Assembly (NCBI RefSeq): GCF_030684315.1
Contig: NC_081369.1
Span: 548,828-612,688, forward strand
Source: Stegostoma tigrinum
Taxonomy: Eukaryota
Length of the DNA: 63,861 bases
Reading direction: 5' to 3'
A model generated the notes under the pieces. It saw nothing but the letters and a program-made list of their open reading frames with translations, had not been told where the DNA came from and searched no databases. The translations under genes were made by a program, and so were the position numbers. Of this stretch, positions 50,958 through 63,199 are shown piece after piece. The stretch's first letter is position 1. Each line of letters opens with the position of its first letter.

Positions 50958-51739
50958 TCATTGTGACAGTTTCAATGGATGAAAGCCAGGAGCTGGGAAT
51001 TCGGTGAGGCAATAAGGGAGCGGAAAGGGAAAAATCACAACCACTCCCAGATTTCCAATGGAATTAGAATGGGCTCTTGAGACAGTCTGACAGAGACCAC
51101 ATCCACAAAGACTGACCACCCCCAAATCCAGACACAAACCCACACATCACCCTCAGAGACCACCAAGGCCCCACCCACAAAGGCCAACCTACCCCAGCCC
51201 CAGAGACTGACCCTCATGAACATACCCAGAGTATACTCACATCAACACCCTAAGTGTCTGGCCTACCCCCACCCCCAAGCATCTGATCCAACTCTCAAGC
51301 CCACAGACTGACCGACACACCCCAGCCTCAGAGATGGAACCCCACCCCACTGTGATCCCTCACAAACCTCATTTGAGAGAGTTGGAGTTGAAATTGTGCA
51401 AACTACACCTTGCCCAGTGTGGTTGAAGGGGATGGCCAAACAAACCACAGCAAGGGCACAGACTGACTGTCTCTGCTGAGCTCCAGCCTCTGGGATGATC
51501 CTGGGATTAGCTGGACATTTGCTGGAATGTTGTCCTACACCAGACTGACTGTTCCCTCAGTCTCTCCCATTGGCATCCAACCACATTTCCCTCTGTACCA
51601 TGAACAGCTGTCACTCAGCTTGATGATTGGAGTAGACATGGGGAAAATTAGTTTGTTACAGTCTACAATCTTTCAGTTTAGTGAGCACAGAAATAGGAAT
51701 ATCGCAAGTGATCAGAGAAGCAGTTTGTGGATCCAATCT

Positions 51740-51944
51740 TCAAGCAGATTCTCCATTCTGCCTGTCTCCCAGTGTAACATCAGTCAGTTCAACACTCTGC
51801 ATGTTTCCTGTGGATTGAAAGGTTGTACTTTCAGTGGGTTCTTCTCTTTCAATCCCCAATTTCTTCTCCAGATATGCCACTGCATTTTGAACCCACTTCT
51901 CACTGGCTCTTGTACAAATTCTCATCTTCCTCCTGTTTGTGAAG
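51740..51944 (-). CDS. CC chemokine copy B, exon 3 with acidic Ser/Thr-rich C-terminal extension
   Basis: Same acceptor as copy A; FTNRRKMRICTRASEKWVQNAVAYLEKKLGIE then REEPTESTTFQSTGNMQSVELTDVTLGDRQNGESA-TGA. Confidence 0.92.
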
Positions 51945-52046
51945 CTGAAAGAGTGAGATGAGATTATTATTATCAGCAAATCACAGGTACAAGCTCCAAA
52001 CCTTTCATTTCCACAGACGATGATAAAAACACCTTGAAACACTCAC

Positions 52047-52155
52047 ATGATGGAGGGAGTGGAGCAGCCAACTGTCCTGGTGAAGCTTACGAGCCGTTTA
52101 TGAGGAATGCGAGTGGTCTTAAAGTTCTCACAGCAATCGATAGTCACAGAGCTGG
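52047..52155 (-). CDS. CC chemokine copy B, exon 2
   Basis: cattgcag|...|gtgagt; ASSVTIDCCENFKTTRIPHKRLVSFTRTVGCSTPSI; 109 nt. Confidence 0.94.
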
Positions 52156-53614
52156 CTGCAATGATGAAGAGTAGGAATGGAGATGGTGAATCCTTGAACA
52201 CATTCACAGCACATTCTCACTGACAGCCTCCTTATCCTCCATGTTTTCCTCCAGAAGCACTTTGAGTGCATACAACGCAAACAGGTCATTCAGCCCGTCT
52301 GATCCCTGCTGAAGCTTCAAACCCCTCTTGCACATGACAGTCACCCCATTCACATATCCTGCTATTACTCACTCCCTCATGTGTATATCCAATTTCTCTT
52401 TCAGACATCTCAATGTTATTCACTTTGACCACTCCTTCCAGTCTCAGGATCTACTTTCTAATCACCTTCTGGGTAAAGGGTGTTTTCCTCAATTCCTACT
52501 GGGATCTTTTAGGAATTGTTTAAATGGATCATTTTGAGTTCTGCTCTCTATCACAAGTAGAAACATCTTTCCTGTACCCACCTTAACAAACCCCTTAGAC
52601 ACCTCCAAAACCTCCATGAATTCTCCTCTCAGACGTTTGTGTACTTCAGGAACATCTCACAGCCATTTCCATAATATAAGTGTGAGGTGGTACATTGTGG
52701 AAAGGCAAATCAGTGCAGGACTTATACAGTTAATGGCACGGTCCTGGGGAGTGTTTCCAAACAAAGAGACCTTGGGGTGCAGTTTCATAGTTCCATGAAA
52801 AAGGAGTCGCAGGTAGACAGGGTAGCGAGGAAGGCATTTGGTATACTGGAAAATTGCCTTTATTGGTCAGTGCATTGAGTATAGGATTTGGGAAGTTATG
52901 TTGCGGCTATACAGGACATTGGTTTTTGGTTTGGCTTCTTCTGGAATACTGCATTCAAGTCTGGTGTCCCAGCTATGGGAAAGATGCTGTTAAACTTGAA
53001 ACAGTTCGGAAAAAATTTGGAACAAATGTGCTAACATGATTGGAGGGTTTGAGCCAGAGGGAGAGGCTTAATAAGCTGGGGCTATTTTTCCCATAATATC
53101 AGAGGCTGAGGGGTGACCTTACACAGGTTTATAAAATCATTAGGGGCATGGATAGGGTGAATAATCAAGTTCTTTTCCCCAGGGTAAGGGGATTCAAAGC
53201 AAGAGGGCATAGGTTTAAACTGAGAGGGAAAGGTTGAAAAGGGAGCTAAAGGGAAAAATTTTCACGCAAAAGTGGTGGCATGCATGGAATGATCTGCCAG
53301 AGGAGGTTATTGAGGCTGATGAAATTACAATGTTTAAAATGATTCTGCATGGATCTATGATTGGAAGGGTTTAGAGGGATATGGGAAATGCTGGCAGTAA
53401 TTTAGTACTAGAGTAATTTAGAATACCTGGTCAGCATGGACAAATTGGATGGAAGGGTCTGCTTCCATGCTAAACATCTCTGTTACTCTCTGACTCCATG
53501 ACATGAAGGTCAAAATTGACAGGGATTGGACAGATAGAGCAAGACAGATGAACCAATTGAATCACTCTGGTAAAGTGCTTGTACCAACTTGATGGGCTGA
53601 GTGGTCTCACACTT

Positions 53615-53645
<31 letters not shown>

Positions 53646-53842
53646 GTTGTGTTTCTATTTGGAATCATTGGCCTACAGTTTCTGAATGGAGTGAGGAGCA
53701 ATCTTTACATTAACGCTAAGTAACACAACATTAAGTTACACAAACAGGCGAGGGCAACCAGCAGGGGCACTGGAACCTGTTCCTGTTTTCCTCACTCTCA
53801 AGTTCTGAGCAAAGATTGGGAAGAAGGAAGCCTCTCTCTTAC

Positions 53843-53927
53843 CTGGTGCAGCAGCAACACCATCCTGGATCGAGCAGATTGCCAGTGCTCCCAGCACAAC
53901 AGTAGCTACACACAGTGCTGTCCTCAT
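53843..53927 (-). CDS. CC chemokine copy B, exon 1 (signal peptide); 132-aa precursor
   Basis: MRTALCVATVVLGALAICSIQDGVAAAP-g|gtaaga; 85+109+205 nt open frame. Confidence 0.93.
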
Positions 53928-54002
53928 CCTGGCTTGGCCCAACTTACAAGTGTTCGGTGTTGAAGGGAGAGTGTGGATGAGGAGGGAGCTGTCACCTCCT
54001 GG

Positions 54003-54145
54003 TTTATATCCTGGAGAGACTGCACCGAGTCAGCAATACAGACCCTCCCTGAAACTTTCCCCGTGCCCCAGCATTGACGCTGTGCCTGGAATTGTTCCTC
54101 CATGGCTTTTCTCCCTGAAATGGGAAGTTCATGTTGTTCTTTGAA
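54003..54145 (-). promoter_or_regulatory. Chemokine B proximal promoter: TATA box with kB-like and GAS-like motifs
   Basis: TATAAA (-) 54003-54008; GAAACTTTCCCC 54051-54062; GGGAAGTTCA 54122-54131; TTCTTTGAA 54137-54145. Confidence 0.65.
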
Positions 54146-55627
54146 TGTGGTTCTTAGAGACAGGAGCATGAGCAGCTGGAACCTCTGAGGTCAGTGTTTC
54201 TCAGCAAATTGTCATCTTGAATCCCTCAGCCCGGTCCCAACTTCCCTCTCCATGCTAGAGAGAGGCAATCGGAGCACTTGAGCTTCCTGATTGACCCATT
54301 GCACACCGAGTCCGCTGTCAGAGAAGCAGCTCAGAGCAGAAAGTGAGATTATCATCAAAATATCTCACTGCAGGAGGAAAAGGCAGAGGCAGCTGCATTT
54401 CTATAGCGCCCTTCCCCAACTTGGGGCTTCTGAAATCCTTCATGGGCAAGAACACATTCTTTTCTGTAATCATTGTCAATATTGTCGTAGAGACAGCAAG
54501 AACTGCATGCTCAGCAAGATCCCACAAACTGCACTGTAGAAATGACCTGAGTTTCAACCATCGACAATTGCCTTTATGAGTCAAGGGATTGATTATAAGA
54601 GCAAGGAGGTCTGTACAGGAACTTGATCAGGCTGCAGCTGGTCTAGTGTAAGCAATTCCGGTCTTAACCCTATCAGAAGGATGTGATAACTCTGGAGCAG
54701 AGTGCAGGATATGGCCTGGGATGCAGTGTTTTAGGTCTGAACGGAGTTTGGATTAGCTCAGATTGTTTTCTTTATAAAAGAGAAGGTTGATTGGGGGAAC
54801 CTAATTGAGGTGTATCAGATTTTGAGGGGTATGGACAGGATGGATAGAAAGCAGCTGTTTCCATTTAGTCAATGAGTCATCAGAAAGAGACATCATTTTC
54901 AAGGAAATGGAAAGAAGTTCAGAGGGAAATGAAGGAAACATTTCTCACTCAGAGGTCAGTGGGTGTCTTCAATGCCCTGCCTGGAGGGGTAGTTGAGGCA
55001 GGAAACTTCACAATCTATAAAATGCACTTGGATCAGCTCTTGCAATGTCATAACATTCAAGTCTATGGGCCAAGTGCATGAAAGTGGGACTAATGTAATA
55101 CAGACCTGATGGGCTGTGGGGCTTCTTCTGGACAGAATGATTCTCTGAATCCGTTTTAATGATGTGCATTAGGGATAAATATTGCCCAGGGCATCAGGGA
55201 GAGCTGCCTTACTCTCCTTCATCACCAAGACAAGGGCAGTTTTCCATCCAGTTGAGAGGACAGACAAAGATTTGCTGGGTTACTATTTATTGTCCATCCG
55301 CAGTTGCCCCTGATGAAGGTGGCAATAATCTGCCTTCTTGAACCTGAAATTTCCTTCAGGTGGGAATTCCATGATTTTGACCTAGTAAGTGTGAAGGAAC
55401 GGCGATATGTTTCCAAGTCAGGATGGTGAGTGGCTTGGAGGGAACTTGCAACTGGTGGTGTTCCCATATATCTGCTGCTGTTGTCCTTTGAGATAGAACT
55501 GGCCATGGGTTTGCAAAATGCTGTCTAAGGATCTTTGGTGAATTTCTGCAGTGCATCTTGTTTTAGTATGCATTGCTGCCAATGAGAATTGAAGGCAAAT
55601 GGAGTGGATATTTGTAAATGAAGTGCC

Positions 55628-55852
55628 TGAAATAACTTCACAAGGGCCAATATCCCATTTCCAAGTCACCCTTTCTTACACATGACCCATCCATGACTTT
55701 AGTACTGCATCTTCAGAGTCAGCTGTCAGAACCGCTGACATTCCTCTTTGATCTGTCTGCGGGATCTCAGTGATTGGGCCGGATTCACAGCTCCAGTCAG
55801 GGAGCTCATATTCTATGATGTCCACCTCGCTGATATCGTTGCAATTACTGCA
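55628..55852. mobile_element. Probable solo LTR
   Basis: TG...CA ends with gtgcc/gtgtc 5-bp flanks, interrupting an older LINE; related sequence at ~19835-19995 and 26228-28042. Confidence 0.55.
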
Positions 55853-56405
55853 GTGTCAAACAAACTGACTGCTTTATCCTGAATGGTGCCAAGCTTCTTG
55901 AGCATTGATGGAATATTCCGTTGTACGCTGACTTGTGGCAAGTAGGTGGTGAACATGCTTCGGGGAATCAATGCGTGTTGGCGTGTGCAGCCACTCTAAT
56001 GCGTTGTGTATGGTGATCAGCATTGGAAAACTGATCATGGCACTGAGTGTCAGTTCTAGATGTCACCGTCACCCATCGGCGTCAGAGGGCCATGTAGCTG
56101 GAAAGAAAGTAGGAGAGATCACTACTCAGGAGGTGAGTTACTCGTTGCAGTATTCCAAGTCTCTGATCTGTTCTTGTAACCACTGTATTGAAATGGCAAG
56201 TTCAGTTTCTAGTCAATGATAACCACCAGGATGTTGATCGTGAAGGTTCAGTGATGGTACCATTGAATGTCAAGGGGCGGTGGTTAGATTGTCTCTTGTT
56301 GGGGATGGACATTGCCGGGCAATTGTGTGACATGAAAGTTACTTTCCACTTTTCACTGTCAGCCCAAGCCTGGATATTATCCAGATTTTCTTGCATATGA
56401 ACAAG

Positions 56406-57103
56406 AGATAGCAAGAACTGCAGATGGTGGAGTCAGAGATAACACAGTATGGAGCTGGAGGAACACAGTAGGTCAGGCACATCAAAGTAGTAGGAAAGCT
56501 GACAGTTCAGGTCAGGACCCATCTTCAGAAATGGACAGGGGGATGGTAGCTCAGAAATAAATGTGCAGAGGAGGAGTGGGACTGGGTAAGACAGGTGGGA
56601 TGGTGATAAGTGAGTACAGATAGGCAGTCCTTGAAATAGAAGGACATCTGGGATGTTCGAGATTGGCATGTCCCATCTTGGGAGCAGACACAGCAGAGGT
56701 GAAAGAATTGGGGGTAGGGGATCACATTCTTGCAGAAAAATGGGTAAGAGGAGGAAAAGTCTAGGTGGTTGTGGGAATCTGTGGGCTTGAAACAGATGTC
56801 AGTTTCAAGGCAGCCACCAGAGATGGAGACAGAGAGGTCCAGGAAGGAGAGGGAGGTATTGAAGATGGTCCAGGTGAATTTGAGGTTGGGTGAAAGGTGT
56901 TAGTAAAGTTGATAAACTGTTCAAGTTCCTTGTGGGAGCATGAGGCAGCACCAATACAGGTGTCAATGTAATGGAGGAAGAGCTGGGATATAGTGCCAGT
57001 GTAACAGTGGAAGAGGGACTGCTCCATGTATCCAATGAAGAGCCAGGCATAGCTTAGGCCCTTGTGGGTGCCCATGGCCACACCCTTAGTCTGTAGGAGG
57101 TAG
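56406..57103 (-). mobile_element. Penelope RT fragment with terminal repeat, copy B specific
   Basis: AMGTHKGLSYAWLF...HYIDTC ORF; flanking GAACAAG duplication; absent near 28635. Confidence 0.85.
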
Positions 57104-57769
57104 GAACAAGGACTGCCTCAGTATCTGAGGAGCCATCATGGTGCTGAAAATTATGCAATCATCAGCAAACATCAGCATTTCTAACCTTATGGTGGGGGTC
57201 ATTGATGAAGCAGCCACAGATCGTTGGGCCTCACACACTACACTGAGGAACATCTGCAGAGACATCTGTTGATGATGTGTAACCTCTAACCACCACAGCC
57301 ACCTTCCTATGTGCCAGCTATGACTGTAAACAGCAGAGAGTCTGCCCTGTTTTACCCATTGATACCAGGCTTGCAAGGGGAACATTGATGCCACATTTGG
57401 TTGAATGCAGCCTTTATTTCAAGGGCTGTCAACTCACCTGTGAAATTCAGCTCTCTTATCCATGTTTGAGCAAAGATTGCAATGAGGTTAGGAGCACAGT
57501 GAACTTCACAGAGCCCAAATGGTCAGAGACAACAAGATACGGGTTATTCCTCCGTCATAACTACATACAGTTAATATTGTACTGATGGGAAAGTACTGTC
57601 TTATACCTACAACTGCCCAGAAATTTTCAAAAATCCCAAGACTAGCTGATGCTCCATATATTGGCTATTATATATCAGAGTGTGAGGAGGTTCAGCTTAA
57701 CTCTGATTAACCCTCCCCTGTCCATCACCTTAAACAACAGATTATTTTACGATCGTATGCCCCACCGGC

Positions 57770-58122
57770 AGGGGAGCAATGGCCGAGTGGTATTACGCTG
57801 GACTGTTAATCCAGAGACTCAGATCAAATTCTGTGGGCGTGCATTTGAATCCTGCCATGGCAGATGGTGGAATTTCAGTTCAATAAATATCTGAAATTAA
57901 GAGTTTAATGTTGACCATGAATTCATTGCTGATTTTTGGGGAAAAACCCATCTGGTTCACTCATGCCCGTCAGGGAAAGAAACTTCCGTCCTTATCTGGT
58001 CTGGCCTAAATGTGACTCCAGACCCACAGCAATGTGGTTGACTCCTAACTGCCCATGGGGCAATTAGGGATGGATAATAAATGCTGCCTAGCCAGTGATA
58101 CCCTCATCCCATGAATGAAAAA
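57770..58122 (+). mobile_element. Second tRNA-headed SINE family, copy B specific
   Basis: atggccgagtggta head, A-rich end; absent near 29240. Confidence 0.75.
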
Positions 58123-59635
58123 AGGTGCCACATAGTGACTGAGCCTGATACAATGAACTCCCACAGCTCAACAATGGAAAAGGCCTGAATTTATTCTATT
58201 TCAGAGAGAAAATCCAACTGAGTGTTGGAGGTGATTATTCCCAATGTGGGCAGGTTTGCAATCTTCATTCCAACAGCAGAACCTTTTGAATAATAACTTT
58301 TTTAAAGTCAAGTGTGGTATTCCTGATTCCCCATTTTACAGAAGAGCATGGTTTTCACCATGCGACGAGTACACCACACCATTCACAGGCTAACTGTGAA
58401 GGAAAGAGGACAATGGAAACTCTGATTCCAGAAATCAGGACTGAGTAATAGCCTTAATGAACAAGGGAACAGCATTGCTGAACGGTGATCTGTTATCCAC
58501 AATCTTACTAAAATCTAAAATCTGAGACCCATCACTGTAACAAATATAGTAGCAGACAGACCAATTATTTTCATTCATGACTGAATAAAACTCCACAAAG
58601 AGAGCGAAACAAGTGAGCAAAGTGTGAGAAACACAGCACGTGAGCACAATCCACTCCACCTCCTTTTAACCAGGGGGCGAGGGTATGAAACTAACAAGCA
58701 GAAGATATGTTTGGGGAACCATTGGAATCATTGTGGTCATCTTTGTTACACCAAGAGATGAGGAGAAGTGGGAGAGCTCTGATCATCTTAGTACAGTACA
58801 CACAGTTAGGAATTCATGCAAATAGCTTTGAGATGAGGAAAATCTGCATCAAATTCCACAACCAGTCTGACATCTGAGAGTGAACTTGAGACAGCAAGAG
58901 CTGCAGATGCTGGAGTCAGAGTCAATACAGTGTGGAGCTGGAGGAACACAGCAGGCCCGGCATCAGAGGAGCAGGAAAGATGACGGTTTGATGCTGCCTT
59001 ACCTCCTGTGTTCCTCCAGCTCCACACTGTATTAAATCTGACATTGTCCCATTGCCCTAGACTGACAACATTGCAAACAAGGTCAGGACAGAGGGAGAAA
59101 CCCGCCAGACAGACTCAACCTGTGAAGAGAAGACCCTGAGGGGTGGCCATGGATCTGTGTTCAGTTTAATCCCTCCGGGAGTTAAAAATAAGTCAGAGTT
59201 GTGATGAATAATTTAATCATGACATAGGCCAGGTCGACAGAGAACCAGACAACAGTAGCTGCAAGAGGGAGTGAGTGAGAAATGGCGATTTGTACAGACT
59301 GTCCTCCTGTGTTCATTGAAAGGAGGTAACAAGAATGATTGCACCATGCTTAACTCCGTTTTACTTCTGGAATTACTGCAAACCAGATTTACCAACTGGG
59401 TTAACGCTAAAGGAGACTGAGACACACCAAGCCCCAGACTGAGAGCAGAATGGACCATGGAGGGGATTGCTCTTCTGTGGTCACCCCCGCCCCATGCGAT
59501 GGGTGTAGGAGGAGAGAGATTCCATGATTCAGGGGATGTAGGGTTGAAGAGCCGTGGGATTTAGGGAGGGCCAAAGATAGTCCACTCTATGAGAGATTCT
59601 CTTTCTAAATGTCAAATAGCAGAGGGAATATCTTT

Positions 59636-59952
59636 TAGATTAGATTAGACTCCTTACAGTGAGGAAACAGGCCCTTCGGCCCAACAAAGTCCACACCGCC
59701 CCTTGCAGTATCCCACCCAGGCCCATTCGCCCTATAACCCACACACACCCCTGAACACTACGGGCAATTTAGCATGGCCAATCCACCTAGCCTGCACGAC
59801 ATTGGACTGTGAGAGGAAACGGGAGCACCCAGAGGAAACCCACGCAGATATGGGGAGAATGTGAAAACTCCACACAAACAGTTTCCTGAGGGTGGAATCG
59901 AACGCGGGTCCCTGGCGCTGTGAGGCTGCAGTGCTAACCACTGAGCCACCAT
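59636..59952 (-). mobile_element. HE1-like SINE, copy B specific
   Basis: Reverse-complement consensus with (agatt)n tail; absent near 30597. Confidence 0.9.
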
Positions 59953-61679
59953 GTGAGGGAGGAAAAGGGAGATGCAGGAGGGAGGTGTTTTATACAGAGG
60001 GAGGTAGGTGCCTGGAATGTGCTGCCAGGGGAAGTGGTGGAAGCAGATACAACAGCAACAATTTAGCAGTATTTAGACTGATACATGACAGGCAGAAAAT
60101 AGAGTGATGTGGGCCAGGTGCAGTTCAGATGGTGGTGGTCTGAAAGGCTTGGTGCTGTGCTGTACTATGTTCTATGTCTCCATCCTACCTCCCCTTGAGG
60201 GTGACCTGGGTTCCAAAAGAGTAAGGGCTAGAAAGACTGTGGGAGCTATCAGCGGCCTGTCCTCGAGCTGAACATGTCCATGGAGACAGCAGAGTGTAGG
60301 GGCAGGAGATCTGGCGTGTGATGTCCCAGCCACGGACCTGAGGTCAGTTTCTACAGCACACCATCTCTCTGAGGGACCCTGGGCTCACTGCTCACAACCA
60401 GCTGCTTCAAACTCTTGAAGCCTGTTTGTGTGTATGAGCTGTTTAGAGACAGAGAGTGAAAGTTCCTGTAATTTTAGAGCTAATGGAGATTCCCTTAAAA
60501 TCTATATTTAATGTCCATTTCACTCACTGAGTTACAGACACCACCTTTCAGAGAAACTGTCCGAGAGAAATACAACAATGAGCCAGAAAGAGGAAAGGGA
60601 GTCAGTTCAAACTGTGCCTGAAGATCACAAGCTGCAGCTTTCACTTCCCCACCTGAAGCAGTGAGAGTTTCTGAACCAGGAATTCCGAGAGTTTTGGAGC
60701 AGAGCAGCTCCATGCTAAGAGGTTCAAGAAGGAACTCACCACCAATGTCTCCAAAAAGGGAGAATCTAACTGTTGCCCCTTTCTCTTTGTTACCACCACT
60801 GAATTCTTCACTATCAGCATCCTGGGGTTAGCATTGACCAGAAACTCAACTGGACTCACAATAGAAACACAGTAGCTACAAGAGGAGGTCAGACACCAGG
60901 AAATCTGTGATGAGTAATTCACTTCCTGACTCATGAATGCTTTTCTATCATGTACAAGGCAGAGGTCTTGGTTGTGATGGAATAGTCGCCACTTGCCAAA
61001 ATAAGTGCAGTTCCTATAACACTCAAAAAGAATCACACCATCCTGGACAATGGTCGATTGGCACCGCATCCACAATTAGTCCCTAATATGGTCTGGTGGA
61101 ATGCCTGGGACCTAATGCAGAACGGAACCCGTGATGAAGAGTTAACTGGGCATAAATTAGCTGTATAAATATAGTGAGTTAGTCATCAGTGGGTGTGTGT
61201 TTTATGGATTGTGGCCAACTGAAATCTGGCTCTTACATTAAAGTGTTGATTTGAATTCTGTTCAAAACAATTATCTTTCAGTGTGTAACTCTAGAAAATT
61301 CCAAGGTACTCCCTTGTTAATCCGACCAAAATTCATTTCCTCAGACATTACAGGATTAACTCTATTAGCCTCTGTTCAGCCCTTGTGACCAGCCTGTCGA
61401 TATCATCCTATAGATTAAGGCTTTCCTCCTCATTATTAATTAATTACTACTCTGTCGTAAATGGCTTGTGGTACCTCAGGTCACATGGTTATGCAGCACA
61501 GAAAAAAGTCCTTGGAAGCATCAAATCTTTGCCAATCAAAAACAAACATGTAACTCTTCTAATCTCACTTTTGGAGTTCAGGATATTGGTACATGTTGAT
61601 CTGGAAATGGATTGTGGTAGGCCATGGAGCTGGTAATTTGACATCACGTTTATGTACAGACTTGAACTTGCACTGGTCA

Positions 61680-63030
61680 TTAATGTGCCTTTGTGATTAC
61701 CGCCCAGTTGCTCTGACCTCAATAATCATGAAGTGCTTCAAGTGGCTGGTCATGGCCCACATCAACTCCAGTCTCCCAGACCACCTCGATCTCCCACAAT
61801 TTGCCTATCAACATAACAGGTCGACAACAGATACCACAACCCTAGCCCTGCACTCATCCCTGGAACATCAGGACAACAAAGACACCTACATCATTGACCA
61901 CTGCTTTGCCTTCAACACTATTATCCCCTCCAGACTGATCTCAAATCTCTGTGACCTTAGTCTTGGCTCCACCCTCTGCTTTTTCTGCCTGCTGGCAACT
62001 TCATTTCCAGTCTGCTGATCCTCAGCTTTCTGATCCACAGATGGCAATCAGTGAGCATAGGTAACTGCGCTTCCTCCACAATAACACTCAACACTGGAGA
62101 CCCTCAAGGGACTTTACCCCCTTACTATACTCCATGTACACCCATAACTGTGTGGCCAAATTCAGAGAGAACACCATCCAGAAGTTCACTGACAGCACCA
62201 TCATAATGGGACGGACATTGAACAAAGACAAGTGAAAATACAGAAGGGAGATAGAAGGCTTGGTGACCTGGTGCAATGAAAACAAACTCTCTCTCAACAT
62301 TGGCAAAACTGAACAACTGATCATTGATTTCAGAAAGAAAGGAGAACACAGCCACTTCTACATCAACAGAACTCAGATTGAGAGGGTGAAGAGTGTCAAG
62401 TTCCTCAGAGTTACAATAACCGACAACCTGTCCTGGACTTCCCATGTAGATGCAACAGTCAAGAAGGCACAACAATGTCACTTATTCCTCAGGCAGCTCA
62501 GGAAATTTGGCATGTCAATAAAGGCCCTCACCAACTTTTACAGATGCACGATTGAAAGCGTACTGTCTGGGTCCACAATGGCTTGGTATGGCAACTGCTG
62601 TGCCCAGGGCCATAGGAAGCTACAGAAGTTGATGTGCACAGCCCAGACTATCACAAAAGTCAACCTTCCATCCATGGACTCTATTTACATTGCTCACTGC
62701 TGCAAAAAGGCTTCCAATGTCATCAAAAGCCCATTGCAATGACCTCCTGCAAGATCTTCAGTCAGGCAGAAGATACAGAAACCTAAACACATGCTCCATC
62801 AGGTTCAGGAACAGCTTCTTCCTGGCCATTACCAGACTGATGAATGGATTCTCCAGCTTCAAATAACGTTGATCTTGCTAACGTTGATCTCACCAAGCAC
62901 ATGCCCTGTGCAATGTAACTTATCTGCTGCTCTCTTAAGTCTTTTTGAGTTCTACATCCTTGCTTAATTGTGATCTGCCAAAATTGCTCATAACAAAGCT
63001 TTTTTAGGGTACTTCTGTACACATGACATT
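61680..63030 (+). mobile_element. Rex1/Babar-type retrotransposon RT plus 3' end
   Basis: [15 protein letters not shown]...QFAY and WCNENKLSLNIGKT...FYRCTIES motifs. Confidence 0.88.
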
Positions 63031-63199
63031 GTTAAAGATTTTTAAAAATGTGAGAAATTTTCCTGGTAATTTTGTGCATCATGCCAAAAGCTAAAATGAA
63101 AGAGTTAGCCAGCAGACTGGAAATGAAGTTGCCAGCGGGGTTAAAAAGGCCGACTATAGATTACATTTTGAAGCATTTGTGTATAATGGAAATACCAGA

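Larger units (their letters stand above)
50813..61085. repeat. Segmental duplication copy B
   Basis: Direct-orientation paralogue of 20563-31995; exon 2 offset is 30,160 bp. Confidence 0.93.

Noticed and set aside
51035-51448. Hydrophobic - strand ORFs as a fractalkine-like TM exon, or + strand Pro/Thr-rich sequence as a mucin stalk
   Set aside because: Explained by CA/GT compositional bias; they lie after the stop codon with no supporting donor; the Pro/Thr reading is on the wrong strand.
21682-53927. Assigning the symbols CCL17, CCL22 or CX3CL1
   Set aside because: Synteny is suggestive, but orthology cannot be resolved without a phylogeny; motifs are CC, not CX3C.
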